A DNA stretch of 64,000 bases from an uncultured Clostridia bacterium (GTDB taxonomy: Bacteria; Bacillota; Clostridia; TANB77; CAG-465), in the NCBI GenBank assembly GCA_934130595.1, contig CAKOYF010000001.1, forward strand, positions 68,290 through 132,289, given 5' to 3'. The number at the start of each line of letters is the position of its first letter. Within the stretch, counting starts at the first letter, position 1. Below are positions 38,309-49,804 of the stretch, in pieces. The notes beneath the pieces are model-generated. The model searched no databases and was not told where the DNA came from. It was given only the letters and a program-made list of their open reading frames with translations. The translations under genes were made by a program, and so were the position numbers.

Positions 38309-39606
38309 TTTGTTTCTACCTCCTTCTTTATTCCAAATAAGAAAGTATTCTTGTTAGCAAGTGGCATAAATTGTTTTAAAATAAACTTAGATACTACAAG
38401 TGCAGTTAATAAACTTAACAATACACCTAGTGCTAGTACAAGTCCAAATCCTTTAACCATACCTGAACCTAAGAAATATAGTGTAAATGCAACTATTAAT
38501 GTTGTTACATTTCCATCTATAATAGTGCTCATTGCATTTTTAAAGCTCTTTTCAAAAGCTTTTCCTGATGCAACTTTCTTTGCAAGTTCTTCTTTTAATC
38601 TTTCAAATATAATAACATTTGCATCAACAGCCATACCTATAGATAGGATTAAACCTGCTATACCTGAAAGTGTTAATGATATTCCTGTATTTGAAATTAC
38701 TAATAATAATATTGAAACATATATAATTAAAGCAATAGATGCAACAACACCTGGTAATCTGTATATAATTAGCATTATTAAACAAATAACTACTAATGCA
38801 ACAATACCAGCTCTTATACTAACTTCTAGTGCTTGTTGTCCAACATATGGTCCAATATATTCTTTATTTACAATTTTTAAGTTAAATGGTAAACTACCTG
38901 AATCGATAAGCATTGCGTATTCTTCTGCAATTTGTTTCTTTTCTGCATAAGTTCCATTTCCAACTGTTATGATTGCTGTTGAAGAATCTATTTTAGAATT
39001 TACTGTTGGTGAAGTAATACATTCTTCATCTAAATATATTGGCATTGCTTTTCCAACCATTTTTTCAGTAGCTTCAGCAAATTTTTGTCTTCCTTCATCA
39101 CTGAAGTTAAGTACTACGTGTGGTGTTCCTATTCCTGTACTATCTACTGCGTCTTCACTATATTTTGCAGATTGAATGTCATCACCTTTTAATAATACAT
39201 TATTGTCTGAGTCTCTAAATTCAACTACTGCAGTTCTATCAAGTCCTTCAATTGCTGCTAGGGGATCTACTGATGTATCACTAGTATCTGTTGGTATTTC
39301 AACATTAATCTGATTTGTGTTAGAATCAACTCTAATAATATAATCATAGATGTTCTTAGCTTCTAATCTTTTTTCTATAACTGCCTTTGATTTTTCTAAA
39401 TCGTCTGCTGTAATTTCTTTTCCTTCTTCTGCTTCAGCTTGATATAATACAGTAACACCACCGCTTATATCCAAACCTGTTTTAATGCTTTTTGCGCCTT
39501 TAATTATAGTTTTATCTCCTACTTTAAGACCAAATATAGCAAGATAACCTAAAAGAAGCATTACTACAATAGAAATTACAATCTTAATAATATTGTCTTT
39601 CTTCAA
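38305..39606 (-). CDS. secD: Protein translocase subunit SecD.
   Basis: 433 aa. Periplasmic-type domain followed by an RND-like TM bundle. Confidence 0.8.
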   Translation of the reverse strand: MKKDNIIKIVISIVVMLLLGYLAIFGLKVGDKTIIKGAKSIKTGLDISGGVTVLYQAEAEEGKEITADDLEKSKAVIEKRLEAKNIYDYIIRVDSNTNQINVEIPTDTSDTSVDPLAAIEGLDRTAVVEFRDSDNNVLLKGDDIQSAKYSEDAVDSTGIGTPHVVLNFSDEGRQKFAEATEKMVGKAMPIYLDEECITSPTVNSKIDSSTAIITVGNGTYAEKKQIAEEYAMLIDSGSLPFNLKIVNKEYIGPYVGQQALEVSIRAGIVALVVICLIMLIIYRLPGVVASIALIIYVSILLLVISNTGISLTLSGIAGLILSIGMAVDANVIIFERLKEELAKKVASGKAFEKSFKNAMSTIIDGNVTTLIVAFTLYFLGSGMVKGFGLVLALGVLLSLLTALVVSKFILKQFMPLANKNTFLFGIKKEVETK

Positions 39607-39759
39607 TTAAATCCCTCCTATAATACTTGTAATTATACTATCTTTAAATATTATAGTCAATATTTATCTACAACTTTTGACAGCTATTATTTCATAATTT
39701 TAATGCAAAAAAAGAGACTCTTAAAAGATAAATTCTTTTATAGTCTCTTTGTTGTTAAA

Positions 39760-40428
39760 TTATTTATTTTCACTTATAGGGTTAATGTCATTTGATGCAT
39801 CTTGTGTATATTCTTCTACAGGATTAGTATTACTTATTTCATTATCTATTTCATCATTTTCTACTTTTATTGGTCCTGAAGAAATGTTTTTATTGTGTAT
39901 CAAACTTTCTATATTATTATATTTTTCTACAGTATTTTTTACTGCATATAATACAGTTGCACTTTCAAATGTTTTGTCTGCATTAGTATATATAATAATT
40001 ACTCCAAAATTCATTATTCTGTCTAAGAAAGTTCTTCTTATTTCTACCTCACGTATATTAGAGTATTCTATTGTTTTTTTAGTCTGGCTTAAAAAAGTGT
40101 TTTCACACACTAAGCAATCTTTATAAAACTTATACTTAATACCTTTATATTCTAATATTTGATATAAAACTCTTGCTATAAACACTATAATAAATACTAC
40201 CAATAATATAATTGCTATAACACTACATACACTATATATGTTTTTTATCATGATATTATTGGTATTTAAAATATATCCTTTACATATTCCCATTAATATA
40301 TTGATTATAACACCTACTATAGCTGCAATAAATGAAGATTTCATTTTTCTTCCCATAGGTGTTGTTAATTCGTATAGGAACTCAAACTTAGGACTTATTT
40401 CATATAATACTTCTCCTTTTTGTTCCAA
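39760..40428 (-). CDS. Membrane protein with a bacterial PH (bPH_2/YdbT-like) domain, 222 aa.
   Basis: Two TM helices then ..YSNIREVEIRRTFLDRIMNFGVIIIYT.. typical of bPH_2. Confidence 0.4.
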   Translation of the reverse strand: MEQKGEVLYEISPKFEFLYELTTPMGRKMKSSFIAAIVGVIINILMGICKGYILNTNNIMIKNIYSVCSVIAIILLVVFIIVFIARVLYQILEYKGIKYKFYKDCLVCENTFLSQTKKTIEYSNIREVEIRRTFLDRIMNFGVIIIYTNADKTFESATVLYAVKNTVEKYNNIESLIHNKNISSGPIKVENDEIDNEISNTNPVEEYTQDASNDINPISENK

Positions 40429-40449
40429 ATATATCTCCCCCTCTAATAA

Positions 40450-41166
40450 CTATTCCTTAATAATAGTACCTATTTTTTCACCATTTACTGCTCTTTTTAT
40501 AGAATCTTTTTCATTAAGTGCAAAAACTAAAATTGGAATTTTATTTTCCATACATAAAGTAATTGCTGTTGTATCCATAACTCCAAGTTTTTCATTAATT
40601 GATTGCATATAACTTACTTCATCATATTTTACTGCATCATCATATTTTTTAGGGTCTTTGTTATACACACCATCAACATTTTTAGCTAGTAATATAACAT
40701 CTGAATCCATTTCAACAGCTCTTAATGCAGCTGCAGAATCTGTAGTAAAGTATGGGCTACCTGTACCACATGCAAATATAACTACTCTACCTTTTTCTAA
40801 GTGTCTTACAGCTTTTCTTCTAATATATGGTTCAGCAACTTGTTTCATTTCAATTGCTGTTTGTACTCTTGTTTGTACATCTTTTGATTCTAGCATTTCT
40901 TGTAATGCTAATGCATTTAATGTAGTTGCTAGCATTCCCATATAGTCTGATGTTGTTCTTTTTATATAGTCACCGCCATATTTTCCTCTCCAGAAATTTC
41001 CTGCTCCTATAACAATAGCTACTTCTACTCCAGCTTTATTTAAGTCTACAATTTGATTTGCAACTCTTTCTAGTTTATCGCTATCTATTCCTCTTCCATC
41101 ATCTTGGCCTATAGCTTCGCCACTTAATTTAACTAAAATTCTTTTATACATTTTAATCTCCTCCAA
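40450..41166 (-). CDS. pyrH: UMP kinase.
   Basis: [10 protein letters not shown] and GAGNFWRG motifs. True start may be the Met at MYKRIL. Confidence 0.9.
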   Translation of the reverse strand: MEEIKMYKRILVKLSGEAIGQDDGRGIDSDKLERVANQIVDLNKAGVEVAIVIGAGNFWRGKYGGDYIKRTTSDYMGMLATTLNALALQEMLESKDVQTRVQTAIEMKQVAEPYIRRKAVRHLEKGRVVIFACGTGSPYFTTDSAAALRAVEMDSDVILLAKNVDGVYNKDPKKYDDAVKYDEVSYMQSINEKLGVMDTTAITLCMENKIPILVFALNEKDSIKRAVNGEKIGTIIKE

Positions 41167-41220
41167 ATTATAAAAATTATATCATTTTAGATTTTGTGTG
41201 TCAATTTTATTATAATAGAT

Positions 41221-41255
41221 ATAAAAAAACTCGTAATAAAATTACGAGTTTTTCA
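41221..41255 (-). terminator. Intrinsic terminator of tsf.
   Basis: AAACTCGTAAT/ATTACGAGTTT stem followed on the minus strand by UUUUUUUA. Confidence 0.7.
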
Positions 41256-41259
41256 AAAA

Positions 41260-41907
41260 TTAGCCTTTGATTTGTTTCATTACTTCTTCAGCAAAGTTTT
41301 CTTCTTTTTTCTCGATTCCTTCGCCTCTTTCAAATCTAACAAATCTTCTGATTACTATATTTTCTCCAATTTTAGAGATTAATTCAGTTAATAGTTGTCC
41401 AACTGTTTTATCTGGATCTTTAACAAATGGTTGATCTAATAAACAGATTTCTGAGAAGAATTTGTCCATTCTTCCTTCAACTATTCTTTCAGCAATTGCT
41501 TCTGGTTTACCTTCAGCAATAGCTTTTGCTTTTTGTGCTTCTTTTTCTGCATCAACAATTGAAGCAGGTACATCTTCACGTTTTACATATTGTGGAGCAG
41601 CTGCAGCTACGTGCATTGCAATATCTTTAACAAATTGTTTAAATTCTGGATTGTTAGCAACGAAGTCTGTTTCTGAGTTTACTTCAACTAAAGCACCATA
41701 TTTACCATTGTGAATATAAGCTTCAACTAGACCTTCAGCAGCTATTCTTCCTGCTTTTTTAGCAGCTTTTGCCATACCTTTTTGTTTTAAAAGTTCTATA
41801 GCTTTATCCATATTTCCTTCTGCTTCTGTAAGTATTTTTTTGCAGTCCATTATACCTGCACCTGTTCTATCTCTTAATTCTTTAACTTGCTCGGCTGTTA
41901 TTGCCAT
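41260..41907 (-). CDS. tsf: Elongation factor Ts.
   Basis: [26 protein letters not shown]-type N-terminus; 215 aa. Confidence 0.9.
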   Translation of the reverse strand: MAITAEQVKELRDRTGAGIMDCKKILTEAEGNMDKAIELLKQKGMAKAAKKAGRIAAEGLVEAYIHNGKYGALVEVNSETDFVANNPEFKQFVKDIAMHVAAAAPQYVKREDVPASIVDAEKEAQKAKAIAEGKPEAIAERIVEGRMDKFFSEICLLDQPFVKDPDKTVGQLLTELISKIGENIVIRRFVRFERGEGIEKKEENFAEEVMKQIKG

Positions 41908-41936
41908 TTAAAGCACCCCCTATTTATATATTAATA

Positions 41937-42809
41937 TTATTCTTGTTCAGTTTTTTCTTGCTCTGCTACTTCTTCTTTAACTTCAGTAGTTTCTTCTTTT
42001 CTGTTTTCTCTTTTTGTATAGTTTCTTCTGTTGTTTTGTTTTGGTTTTCTTTCTATTTTATCTACGCCTTCTTTGTCTACTAATTCTTGCATAGTTTCAA
42101 TATCTTCGTCGTCGATAGTAGTTAAGTTACCTTCTTTTGCTTCAACAACAGCGTCAGCTATTTTTCCAGCGATTAAACTTACTGATCTTACTGCATCATC
42201 ATTACCAGGAATTACTAAATCAACATCATTTGGATTACAGTTTGAATCGATTAATCCAATTGTTGGAATGTTTAATCTTCTAGCTTCTCTAGTACAGATA
42301 TATTCTTTTTTAGAGTCAGCTAAGAATATTAATGATGGAAGTTTTTCCATATCTTTAATACCACCAAGGTTAGTATTTAAGATTTCCATTTCTTTTCTTA
42401 ATTTAATAACTTCTTTCTTTGGTAAAACTTCGAAAGTTCCGTCAGCTTCCATTTTTTCTAATTCGTTAAGTCTAGCTATTCTAGTTTTAATTGTAGAGAA
42501 GTTAGTTAAAGTACCACCTAACCATCTGCTATTGATGTAGTACATTCCACATCTTTCAGCTTCTGTTTTAATAGTTTCTTGGATTTGTTTTTTAGTTCCT
42601 ACGAATAAAACAACTCCACCTTCTGCTACAACTTTTTTAGTTTCGTTGTAAGCTTCTTGTAATTTCTTTAAAGTTTTTTGTAAATCTAAGATATATATTC
42701 CGTTTCTTGCTGTGAATATATATGGAGCCATTCTAGGATCCCATCTTTTTGTTTGGTGACCAAAGTGTACACCAGCTTCTAGTAATGATTTCATTGGTAT
42801 AATTGCCAT
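41937..42809 (-). CDS. rpsB: 30S ribosomal protein S2 with a ~45-aa charged C-terminal tail.
   Basis: [23 protein letters not shown]. Start trimmed to the Met with an AGGAGGAA RBS; the ORF-track start at 42854 is over-extended. Confidence 0.9.
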   Translation of the reverse strand: MAIIPMKSLLEAGVHFGHQTKRWDPRMAPYIFTARNGIYILDLQKTLKKLQEAYNETKKVVAEGGVVLFVGTKKQIQETIKTEAERCGMYYINSRWLGGTLTNFSTIKTRIARLNELEKMEADGTFEVLPKKEVIKLRKEMEILNTNLGGIKDMEKLPSLIFLADSKKEYICTREARRLNIPTIGLIDSNCNPNDVDLVIPGNDDAVRSVSLIAGKIADAVVEAKEGNLTTIDDEDIETMQELVDKEGVDKIERKPKQNNRRNYTKRENRKEETTEVKEEVAEQEKTEQE

Positions 42810-43006
42810 TTTAAAAATTCCTCCTTCTTCAATATCCTCCACAGTCATCTTCATTTTATACGTCCATTTTTGGAAGAAGATTAAAACTCCGACTGTGTGT
42901 GTATTTGTATGTATACTAGATTTTACATACAGCGTTATTATTATAACATAAAAAAATTAAATGTGCAATGTTTTATGTAAAAAATAATGCTTTATTACAA
43001 GAAAAT

Positions 43007-43038
43007 AAGAGCTATGTTATCATAGCTCTCATTTTTTT
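43007..43038 (-). terminator. Bidirectional hairpin terminator downstream of ftsH.
   Basis: AGAGCTATG/CATAGCTCT stem with T-runs on both flanks. Confidence 0.55.
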
Positions 43039-43042
43039 AATC

Positions 43043-44857
43043 TTATTCTTTAAATATTGCTTCAAATTCTTCTCCAGTTATCTTTTCATTTTCTAGTAAT
43101 TTTTTAGCAACTTTGTGTAATTTATCTATATTTTCTTTTAGTATTCTTTCTGCACTTGTATATGCATTCATAACAATATCTTTTACCTCTGCATCAATTT
43201 GAGCAGCTGTATTTTCACTATAATCTCTAGTATGAGTTGCCATATCTTTTCCTAAGAATACTTCTTCCTCATTTCCACCAAAGCATATAGGTCCTAATTT
43301 TTCAGACATACCATATTTTGTAACCATTTCTCTAGCAATTTTTGTTGCTCTTTCAATATCATTAGATGCACCAGTACTGATATCATCTAAAACTAAATGT
43401 TCAGCAACTCTACCACCTAAAAGAGAAATTATATTTTCTTTCATTTCATTTTTAGAAGCATAGCTTTTATCTTCATTTGGTTTATACATTGTGTATCCAC
43501 CCGCCATACCTCTTGGTATGATTGAGATTTCATGAATATCATCATGGTTTGGTAAGCATCTTGCTACTACTGCGTGACCAGCTTCATGATAAGCTGTAAG
43601 TTTCTTTTCTTTTTCACTTATAACTTTACTCTTTTTCTCTGGTCCCATCATTACTTTTACCATTGCTTCTTCAACATCATTTATATCTATTGTCTTTTTA
43701 TCTTTTCTTGCAGCAAGTAAAGCTGATTCATTAATCATATTTTCAAGATCTGCACCACTAAATCCAGCTGTATTTTTAGCAATAACTTTAAAATCTATTC
43801 CTGGAACAAATGGTTTGTTTTTAGCATGTAATTGTAATATTTCTTCTCTTGCTTTTAAATCTGGTCTTCCTACAACAATTTGTCTATCAAATCTTCCTGG
43901 TCTTAATAAAGCAGGATCTAGTATATCTGGTCTGTTAGTAGCAGCCATAACTATAATACTTTCATGTGTGGCAAAACCATCCATTTCAACTAATAATTGG
44001 TTTAGAGTTTGCTCTCTTTCATCATGTCCGCCACCAAGACCTGCGCCTCTGTGACGACCAACAGCATCAATTTCATCTATGAATATTATACAAGGTGAAT
44101 TTGCTTTAGCCTCTTTAAACATATCTCTAACACGTGATGCACCCACACCAACAAACATTTCTACAAAGTCTGAACCACTTATGCTAAAAAATGGTACGTT
44201 TGCTTCACCGGCAACAGCTTTTGCAAGTAATGTTTTACCAGTACCTGGTCCACCAACAAGTAATATTCCTTTTGGAATTCTTGCTCCCATATCTATATAT
44301 TTTTTAGGATTCTTTAAGAATTCTACTTCTTCTTTTAACTCTTCTTTTTCTTCTTCTAATCCAGCAACATTATCAAAAGTAACTTTCTTAGGTGAATTTT
44401 TATCTATTTTTTGAGCTCTACTTTTTCCAAAGTCCATTGCTTTACTATTACTATCATTAGTTTTTCTTAATACAAACATAAGTATAAATAATGTTCCTAG
44501 TAATAATAAGATATTTGGAATGTATGGAGCCATTGCTTCAACAAAAGTCTCTTGAGCAACAGTAAGTTCAAATTCTCCTGATGTTACTCTATCTTGCACG
44601 CCTTCAATAAAGGTAGTTGATGATGGGATATCTACAACACGTATAATATTTTCCTCATCTTTTAATTTAACGTTTGCCGCTAATCTATCTGTAGACATTT
44701 GTATGCTTTGTACATCTTGTTCTTCTATCTTTTGCATTAATTCAGTATAAGACATTTCTTTAGTTTGATTAGAATCAAGTAATGTAATAGCATAAATAGC
44801 AATTGCAATTAAAATTGCATATACAGCTAGCGTTCTAAAAGCACTTTTTTTATTCAT
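43043..44857 (-). CDS. ftsH: ATP-dependent zinc metalloprotease FtsH.
   Basis: Two TM helices, AAA Walker A GPPGTGKT, SRH region and the HEAGHA zinc motif. Confidence 0.95.
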   Translation of the reverse strand: MNKKSAFRTLAVYAILIAIAIYAITLLDSNQTKEMSYTELMQKIEEQDVQSIQMSTDRLAANVKLKDEENIIRVVDIPSSTTFIEGVQDRVTSGEFELTVAQETFVEAMAPYIPNILLLLGTLFILMFVLRKTNDSNSKAMDFGKSRAQKIDKNSPKKVTFDNVAGLEEEKEELKEEVEFLKNPKKYIDMGARIPKGILLVGGPGTGKTLLAKAVAGEANVPFFSISGSDFVEMFVGVGASRVRDMFKEAKANSPCIIFIDEIDAVGRHRGAGLGGGHDEREQTLNQLLVEMDGFATHESIIVMAATNRPDILDPALLRPGRFDRQIVVGRPDLKAREEILQLHAKNKPFVPGIDFKVIAKNTAGFSGADLENMINESALLAARKDKKTIDINDVEEAMVKVMMGPEKKSKVISEKEKKLTAYHEAGHAVVARCLPNHDDIHEISIIPRGMAGGYTMYKPNEDKSYASKNEMKENIISLLGGRVAEHLVLDDISTGASNDIERATKIAREMVTKYGMSEKLGPICFGGNEEEVFLGKDMATHTRDYSENTAAQIDAEVKDIVMNAYTSAERILKENIDKLHKVAKKLLENEKITGEEFEAIFKE

Positions 44858-44875
44858 CTTTTTCTCCCTTCAGTT

Positions 44876-45859
44876 TTAGTATATAACAGCTATGTTTTTC
44901 TTAACTATTTCAATTGTAAATTTATTACCTATTATATACTTTTTTCCTTTTATATTATTATTTAACAATTTAATTATATCTAATACATGAACACTTTCTA
45001 TTCCGTCTAAATTAGATATTTCTCTTTCTATTATTTTTCTTACTATTCTATTTTTTATGCTACTATGTTCATTCATAAATACGGAAAAATTAAAAACAAT
45101 TTTAGAGTCATCCTCATTTATTATAACTTTATTAAAAATGTTTTCTGTATATTCCTCAATAAAATCATTGTCTTCTTTTAAAATTTCTCTCATCCTTTTT
45201 ATATTATTTACAAAATTAGGATTTAAACCTTGTAAATAAGGAATTAAAGTAAGTCTAATTTTATTTCTAAGATATATCTCCTCTTCGTTAGTTTTATCTA
45301 TACAAGGATTTAACTCTAGTTCACTATTATATAATAAAATATCTCTTTTTTCAATAGTAAGAAGAGGTCTAATAATCTTATTAAATCTGAAATCCATTCC
45401 TGTTAAGCCTTTTAGTCCACATCCTCTTATTTCATTTAGCAAGATAGTTTCTATATTGTCATTTAAGTTATGAGCTACAGCTATAAGATCAGCATTTTGC
45501 TCCTTTCTTACTTTTTCAAAAAATTCATATCTAACTTCTCTTCCGCAAGCTTCTTCAGACATTTTCTTTTCTTTTGATAGCATTGGAATATTTACTTTCA
45601 GATAGAAAAAAGGAATGTTTCTTTGTGTACAGTAGCTTTCAACATATATTTTTTCATCGTCTGATTCTTTTCTTATTCCATGATTTACATGAGCTACAAT
45701 TATACTAAATTTCAAATCGTTACTCAATTTATTTAGTACATCTAGTAAGCACATTGAATCCGGTCCGCCAGATACTGCAACAACAACCTTTTGTCCTTCA
45801 TTAATAAGTTTATTATCTATTATATTATTTTTTACAATACTTATAATATTATCAACCAT
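44876..45859 (-). CDS. tilS: tRNA(Ile)-lysidine synthetase.
   Basis: PP-loop SGGPDS. Start trimmed to the Met at 45859 so it does not overlap dnaB (the ORF track extends to 45907). Confidence 0.8.
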   Translation of the reverse strand: MVDNIISIVKNNIIDNKLINEGQKVVVAVSGGPDSMCLLDVLNKLSNDLKFSIIVAHVNHGIRKESDDEKIYVESYCTQRNIPFFYLKVNIPMLSKEKKMSEEACGREVRYEFFEKVRKEQNADLIAVAHNLNDNIETILLNEIRGCGLKGLTGMDFRFNKIIRPLLTIEKRDILLYNSELELNPCIDKTNEEEIYLRNKIRLTLIPYLQGLNPNFVNNIKRMREILKEDNDFIEEYTENIFNKVIINEDDSKIVFNFSVFMNEHSSIKNRIVRKIIEREISNLDGIESVHVLDIIKLLNNNIKGKKYIIGNKFTIEIVKKNIAVIY

Positions 45860-45860
45860 T

Positions 45861-47198
45861 CTATTCATTTCCTTTATATAAATTTGCAAATTTTGTATAT
45901 TTTCCAAGCCAAGCTAGCTCTACTGTTCCTGTCTCACCATGTCTGTTTTTAGCAACAATTACTTCTGCTACATTTTTCTTTTCTGTTTCTTTATCATAAT
46001 AATCTTCTCTATGTAAAAACATTACTATATCTGCGTCCTGCTCTATAGAACCAGATTCACGAAGATCACTTAACATTGGTCTATGATCTGCTCTTGCTTC
46101 AGTAGCACGGCTTAACTGTGATAATGCAATAACAGGTACATTAAGCTCTTTAGCAAGTATTTTAAGTCCTCTAGAAATTTCTGATATTTCTTGTTGTCTA
46201 GAACCATTTGCTGTTTTAGATTCCATTAACTGCAAATAGTCGATAATTATTAAGCCTATATTTTTCTCTAATTTAGCTTTTCTACATTTTGCTCTTATTT
46301 CAGATGGTGTAAGAACAGGTGTATCATCTATATATATTGGTACATCAGCTAATCTATTACTTGCATCAGCCATTTTTATCCAATCATCTTGTTCTAAATT
46401 TGCATTATTAATTTTCATGCTATCTATTTCGCTTTCACTACTTAGCATTCTTTTTACTAACTGTTCCTTTGACATTTCTAGGTTAAATATCATTACAGGA
46501 ACTTTATCATGCATAGCTACGTAAGACGCAATATTTAATACAAATGCAGATTTACCCATTGCAGGACGGGCTGCAACAATAATTAAATCTGAATCATTTA
46601 ATCCAGATATTTTTTCGTCTAAATCTATAAATCCAGATTCCATACCAGAAAGCTTTTCTTTGTTTTGATACATTTTTTCTATAGAGTCTAATGTATTAAC
46701 AAGTATCTCTTTCATTCCAGAATATGACTTACTATTTCTATTTTGAGCAAGATCAAATATTCCTTTTTCAGCTTGCTCAATTATAGCGTCTAACTCTTCT
46801 GTTTGTGCATATGAAACTTTCATTATATCACTGGTAACTTTTATTAGGTTTCTTGATGTAGCTTTTTGTTCAACGATTTCAACATATCTTTCAATGTTTG
46901 ATGTAGTAGGTACGTTATCTATTAATGTTGCTAAGTTTTGAGTTCCTCCAACTCTTTCTAGAGTTCCTCTTAACTTTAATTGTTCTGTTACAGTTATCAT
47001 GTCTATTTCTTTTCCGACAGAATAAATATCCATCATAGCTGCATATATTTCTTTATTATCTTCTCTATAAAAATCTTCTGGTTTTAAAACTTCTACTGCT
47101 GCTTGAACTGCATCTTTTGATACTAGCATAGAGCCTAAAACAGCTTGTTCTGCCAGAGTATCATTTGGTTGTACCTTATTTACTACTTCGTTTTCCAT
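45861..47198 (-). CDS. dnaB: Replicative DNA helicase (DnaB family; DnaC in Bacillus nomenclature).
   Basis: 445 aa, Walker A ARPAMGKS, RecA-like C-terminal domain. Conserved gdpP-rplI-dnaB order. Confidence 0.9.
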   Translation of the reverse strand: MENEVVNKVQPNDTLAEQAVLGSMLVSKDAVQAAVEVLKPEDFYREDNKEIYAAMMDIYSVGKEIDMITVTEQLKLRGTLERVGGTQNLATLIDNVPTTSNIERYVEIVEQKATSRNLIKVTSDIMKVSYAQTEELDAIIEQAEKGIFDLAQNRNSKSYSGMKEILVNTLDSIEKMYQNKEKLSGMESGFIDLDEKISGLNDSDLIIVAARPAMGKSAFVLNIASYVAMHDKVPVMIFNLEMSKEQLVKRMLSSESEIDSMKINNANLEQDDWIKMADASNRLADVPIYIDDTPVLTPSEIRAKCRKAKLEKNIGLIIIDYLQLMESKTANGSRQQEISEISRGLKILAKELNVPVIALSQLSRATEARADHRPMLSDLRESGSIEQDADIVMFLHREDYYDKETEKKNVAEVIVAKNRHGETGTVELAWLGKYTKFANLYKGNE

Positions 47199-47207
47199 TT
47201 GTTACAC

Positions 47208-47654
47208 CTACATTCCTACTACTGTTACCCTTAGTTTTGCAATTACTCCTTCATATAATTTTACGTTTACTGTATATGTTCCTAAATTTTTAATAGGATC
47301 ACTTATACTTATTTTTTTCTTATTTACCTCTATATTAAATTTCTCTTTTATTTTTTCTGAAATATCTTTTTCAGTTACACTACCATAAAGCTTACTTCCT
47401 TCGCCAACTTTATGTCTAAATTCTATTGATCCTCCTTCAATAATCTTTTTATCTTCATTAGCTTTTTGTAATTCTGTTTGCTTTTTGTACTTTTGAGCAC
47501 TAAGCTTTCCTTGTGCTTCATTTAAATTCTTGTTATCTGCTATTACAGCTAATTTTTTAGGTAATAAAAAATTTCTAGCATAGCCTTCACTAACTTCTAT
47601 TACTTGAAGTTTTTTTCCAACTCCCTTTATGTCCTTATTTAATACTACTTTCAT
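47208..47654 (-). CDS. rplI: 50S ribosomal protein L9.
   Basis: MKVVLNKDIKGVGKKLQVIEVSEGYARNFLLP. Confidence 0.95.
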   Translation of the reverse strand: MKVVLNKDIKGVGKKLQVIEVSEGYARNFLLPKKLAVIADNKNLNEAQGKLSAQKYKKQTELQKANEDKKIIEGGSIEFRHKVGEGSKLYGSVTEKDISEKIKEKFNIEVNKKKISISDPIKNLGTYTVNVKLYEGVIAKLRVTVVGM

Positions 47655-47679
47655 TTTTTACCTCCCATTAATTAATTTT

Positions 47680-49677
47680 TTATTTAGATAAATATTCATC
47701 AATACTTTCTAATAGTTTTTCTTTAGCCTCCTCAAGTGTTGAGCCTGCAATTTGTGCTCCAGCAAATGTTAGATGACCACCGCCACCAATTTTTTCAAGT
47801 ATTGCTTGAACATTTATATCTCCCATTGATCTTCCTGATATCATAACGATTCCATCAACCATACAAAGCACAAATGATGCTTGTATTCCAGATATTGAAA
47901 GCAATTCATCTGCAGCTTGAGCTACGATTATTGGCATATCTGGATGTGTCTCTGTTGTAACTGAAATTGCTATTTTATCATGGATAAATTCAGCATTTTT
48001 TACTATATTAACTTTTGCTACATAAGTTTCAAAATTGTTTTGGAATAATAATTTTATTTCAGCAACATCTATTCCAAATTTTTTCAAATATGCTGCAACT
48101 TCAAAAGTTCTAACTCCTGTTTTAAACATGAAGTTTTTAGTATCTACTACAAGTCCAGCATACATACATTCTGCTTCATTAGATGATATGCTGATTCCAT
48201 CCATGTACATAAGTAGTTCAACAACAAGCTCTGTTGCTGAAGAAGCATATATTTCATGATATGTAAGCACAGCATTGTCTATAAATTCAGGACCTCTTCT
48301 GTGGTGATCTATAACTGCTATACTTTCAAACTTATCTAAAAATTCTGGTTCTACAAGATAAGACTTTTTATGTGTATCTACTACGACTAGTAATGAATTA
48401 GTAACATCTTCGCTTTTTACATCTGCGTATGTTTTGAATACATCTTTGTAGTTTTCATCATATTTTATTTTTTCTATCAAAGCTTCAGTACTAGCATTAC
48501 ATTTAGCATCTACTACTATATTTACAGGTTTTCCTAAATATTTAGCTATTTTAACTATTCCTATTGCAGCACCAATACAATCTATGTCTGAATTTCTATG
48601 TCCCATAACATATACTTTTTCAGATTTTTCGATTAATTCTCTAATTGCTTGTGCCATTGCTCTTGCTTTTACTTTACTCATCTTTTCAAGACCTACATTA
48701 GATCCACCAAAGAAGTCGTATTTTTTATCTTTTTTTACAACAGCTTGATCTCCACCTCTTCCTAAGGCAATATCTAATGCTGATTGTCCTGCATTATATC
48801 TATCTTCTAGAGTTTCTTCTGAATATGAAATTCCCATAGAAATTGTAATTGGAAGTTTAGTAAGCTTAGTGACATTTCTTACTCTTTCAAGAATATCAAA
48901 AGACTCCTTTTCCATTTTTTCAACATATTTCTTTTCTATAAAAATAGCATATTTATCTTTGTCTAATCTAGCTAGCACACCTTTATTTTCTCTTGCCCAG
49001 CTTCTAATTTCTTTTGTTAAGACAGATGTAACTTCAACTTTTTGAATTTCATCAAGTCCTTGTAATGTTTCTTCATAGTTATCTATAAATAACATTCCTA
49101 TTGCTACTCGTGTATCTTCTAAACTTTGTTTTAAAGTGCTTTCATATGTTCTATCTACAAAAGACACTAACATGCAATCAAATTCTTCAAACTTAATTTG
49201 ATTGCACATTATATTATATACATCACCATTTCCTAGCTCTTCTAATAAGCTAGCTTTAGGATTTTTCTTTTTTAAAGATTCGAGTTTTAGTGTTGATTTT
49301 TCAATATAATCATCTGGTAGTATATGTTCAGCTGTGTTATTTTTCCAAATAACTTTTCCTTGCATACTAACTATAGCCATAGGGACATCTACTAAATCCA
49401 ATGACTCTTTAAAAATTAAATCAACATTTTTAGATAATTCATTCAATTTGAATTTTTTATCTTTTAACTCTTTAATACACATAATAATTGCAATAAGACA
49501 TAGTAGAAATATAGCGAATATGTCAATATAAATTGTAAGCGGTACTATTATAGATAGGAACGCTGCACATATAATTAATAAGGCAATTATTACAATTCTA
49601 AATGAAAAAGACTTAAAAAAACCAAACTTATTTCCTCTATCTTTATCCATAAAAACGAACTTCCTCTTTTCTTGCAT
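47680..49677 (-). CDS. gdpP: Cyclic-di-AMP phosphodiesterase GdpP (two TM helices, PAS, degenerate GGDEF, DHH/DHHA1).
   Basis: 665 aa with DHH motifs (HRNSDIDCIGAAIG, DHH) and a GGGH DHHA1 end. Position upstream of rplI-dnaB. Confidence 0.85.
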   Translation of the reverse strand: MQEKRKFVFMDKDRGNKFGFFKSFSFRIVIIALLIICAAFLSIIVPLTIYIDIFAIFLLCLIAIIMCIKELKDKKFKLNELSKNVDLIFKESLDLVDVPMAIVSMQGKVIWKNNTAEHILPDDYIEKSTLKLESLKKKNPKASLLEELGNGDVYNIMCNQIKFEEFDCMLVSFVDRTYESTLKQSLEDTRVAIGMLFIDNYEETLQGLDEIQKVEVTSVLTKEIRSWARENKGVLARLDKDKYAIFIEKKYVEKMEKESFDILERVRNVTKLTKLPITISMGISYSEETLEDRYNAGQSALDIALGRGGDQAVVKKDKKYDFFGGSNVGLEKMSKVKARAMAQAIRELIEKSEKVYVMGHRNSDIDCIGAAIGIVKIAKYLGKPVNIVVDAKCNASTEALIEKIKYDENYKDVFKTYADVKSEDVTNSLLVVVDTHKKSYLVEPEFLDKFESIAVIDHHRRGPEFIDNAVLTYHEIYASSATELVVELLMYMDGISISSNEAECMYAGLVVDTKNFMFKTGVRTFEVAAYLKKFGIDVAEIKLLFQNNFETYVAKVNIVKNAEFIHDKIAISVTTETHPDMPIIVAQAADELLSISGIQASFVLCMVDGIVMISGRSMGDINVQAILEKIGGGGHLTFAGAQIAGSTLEEAKEKLLESIDEYLSK

Positions 49678-49804
49678 TTTTTCCTATATTTTACTATCTT
49701 TGGTTTGAAATGTCAAGTAAACATAATATTTTAGTAACATTATTATGTGAATTTAAGCCAAAAAAAGAAAATATAATTTTTACATTATATTTTCTTTTCA
49801 ATTG

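Noticed and set aside
38351-39175. Plus-strand ORFs 38351..38950 and 38969..39175.
   Set aside because: Antisense to secD.
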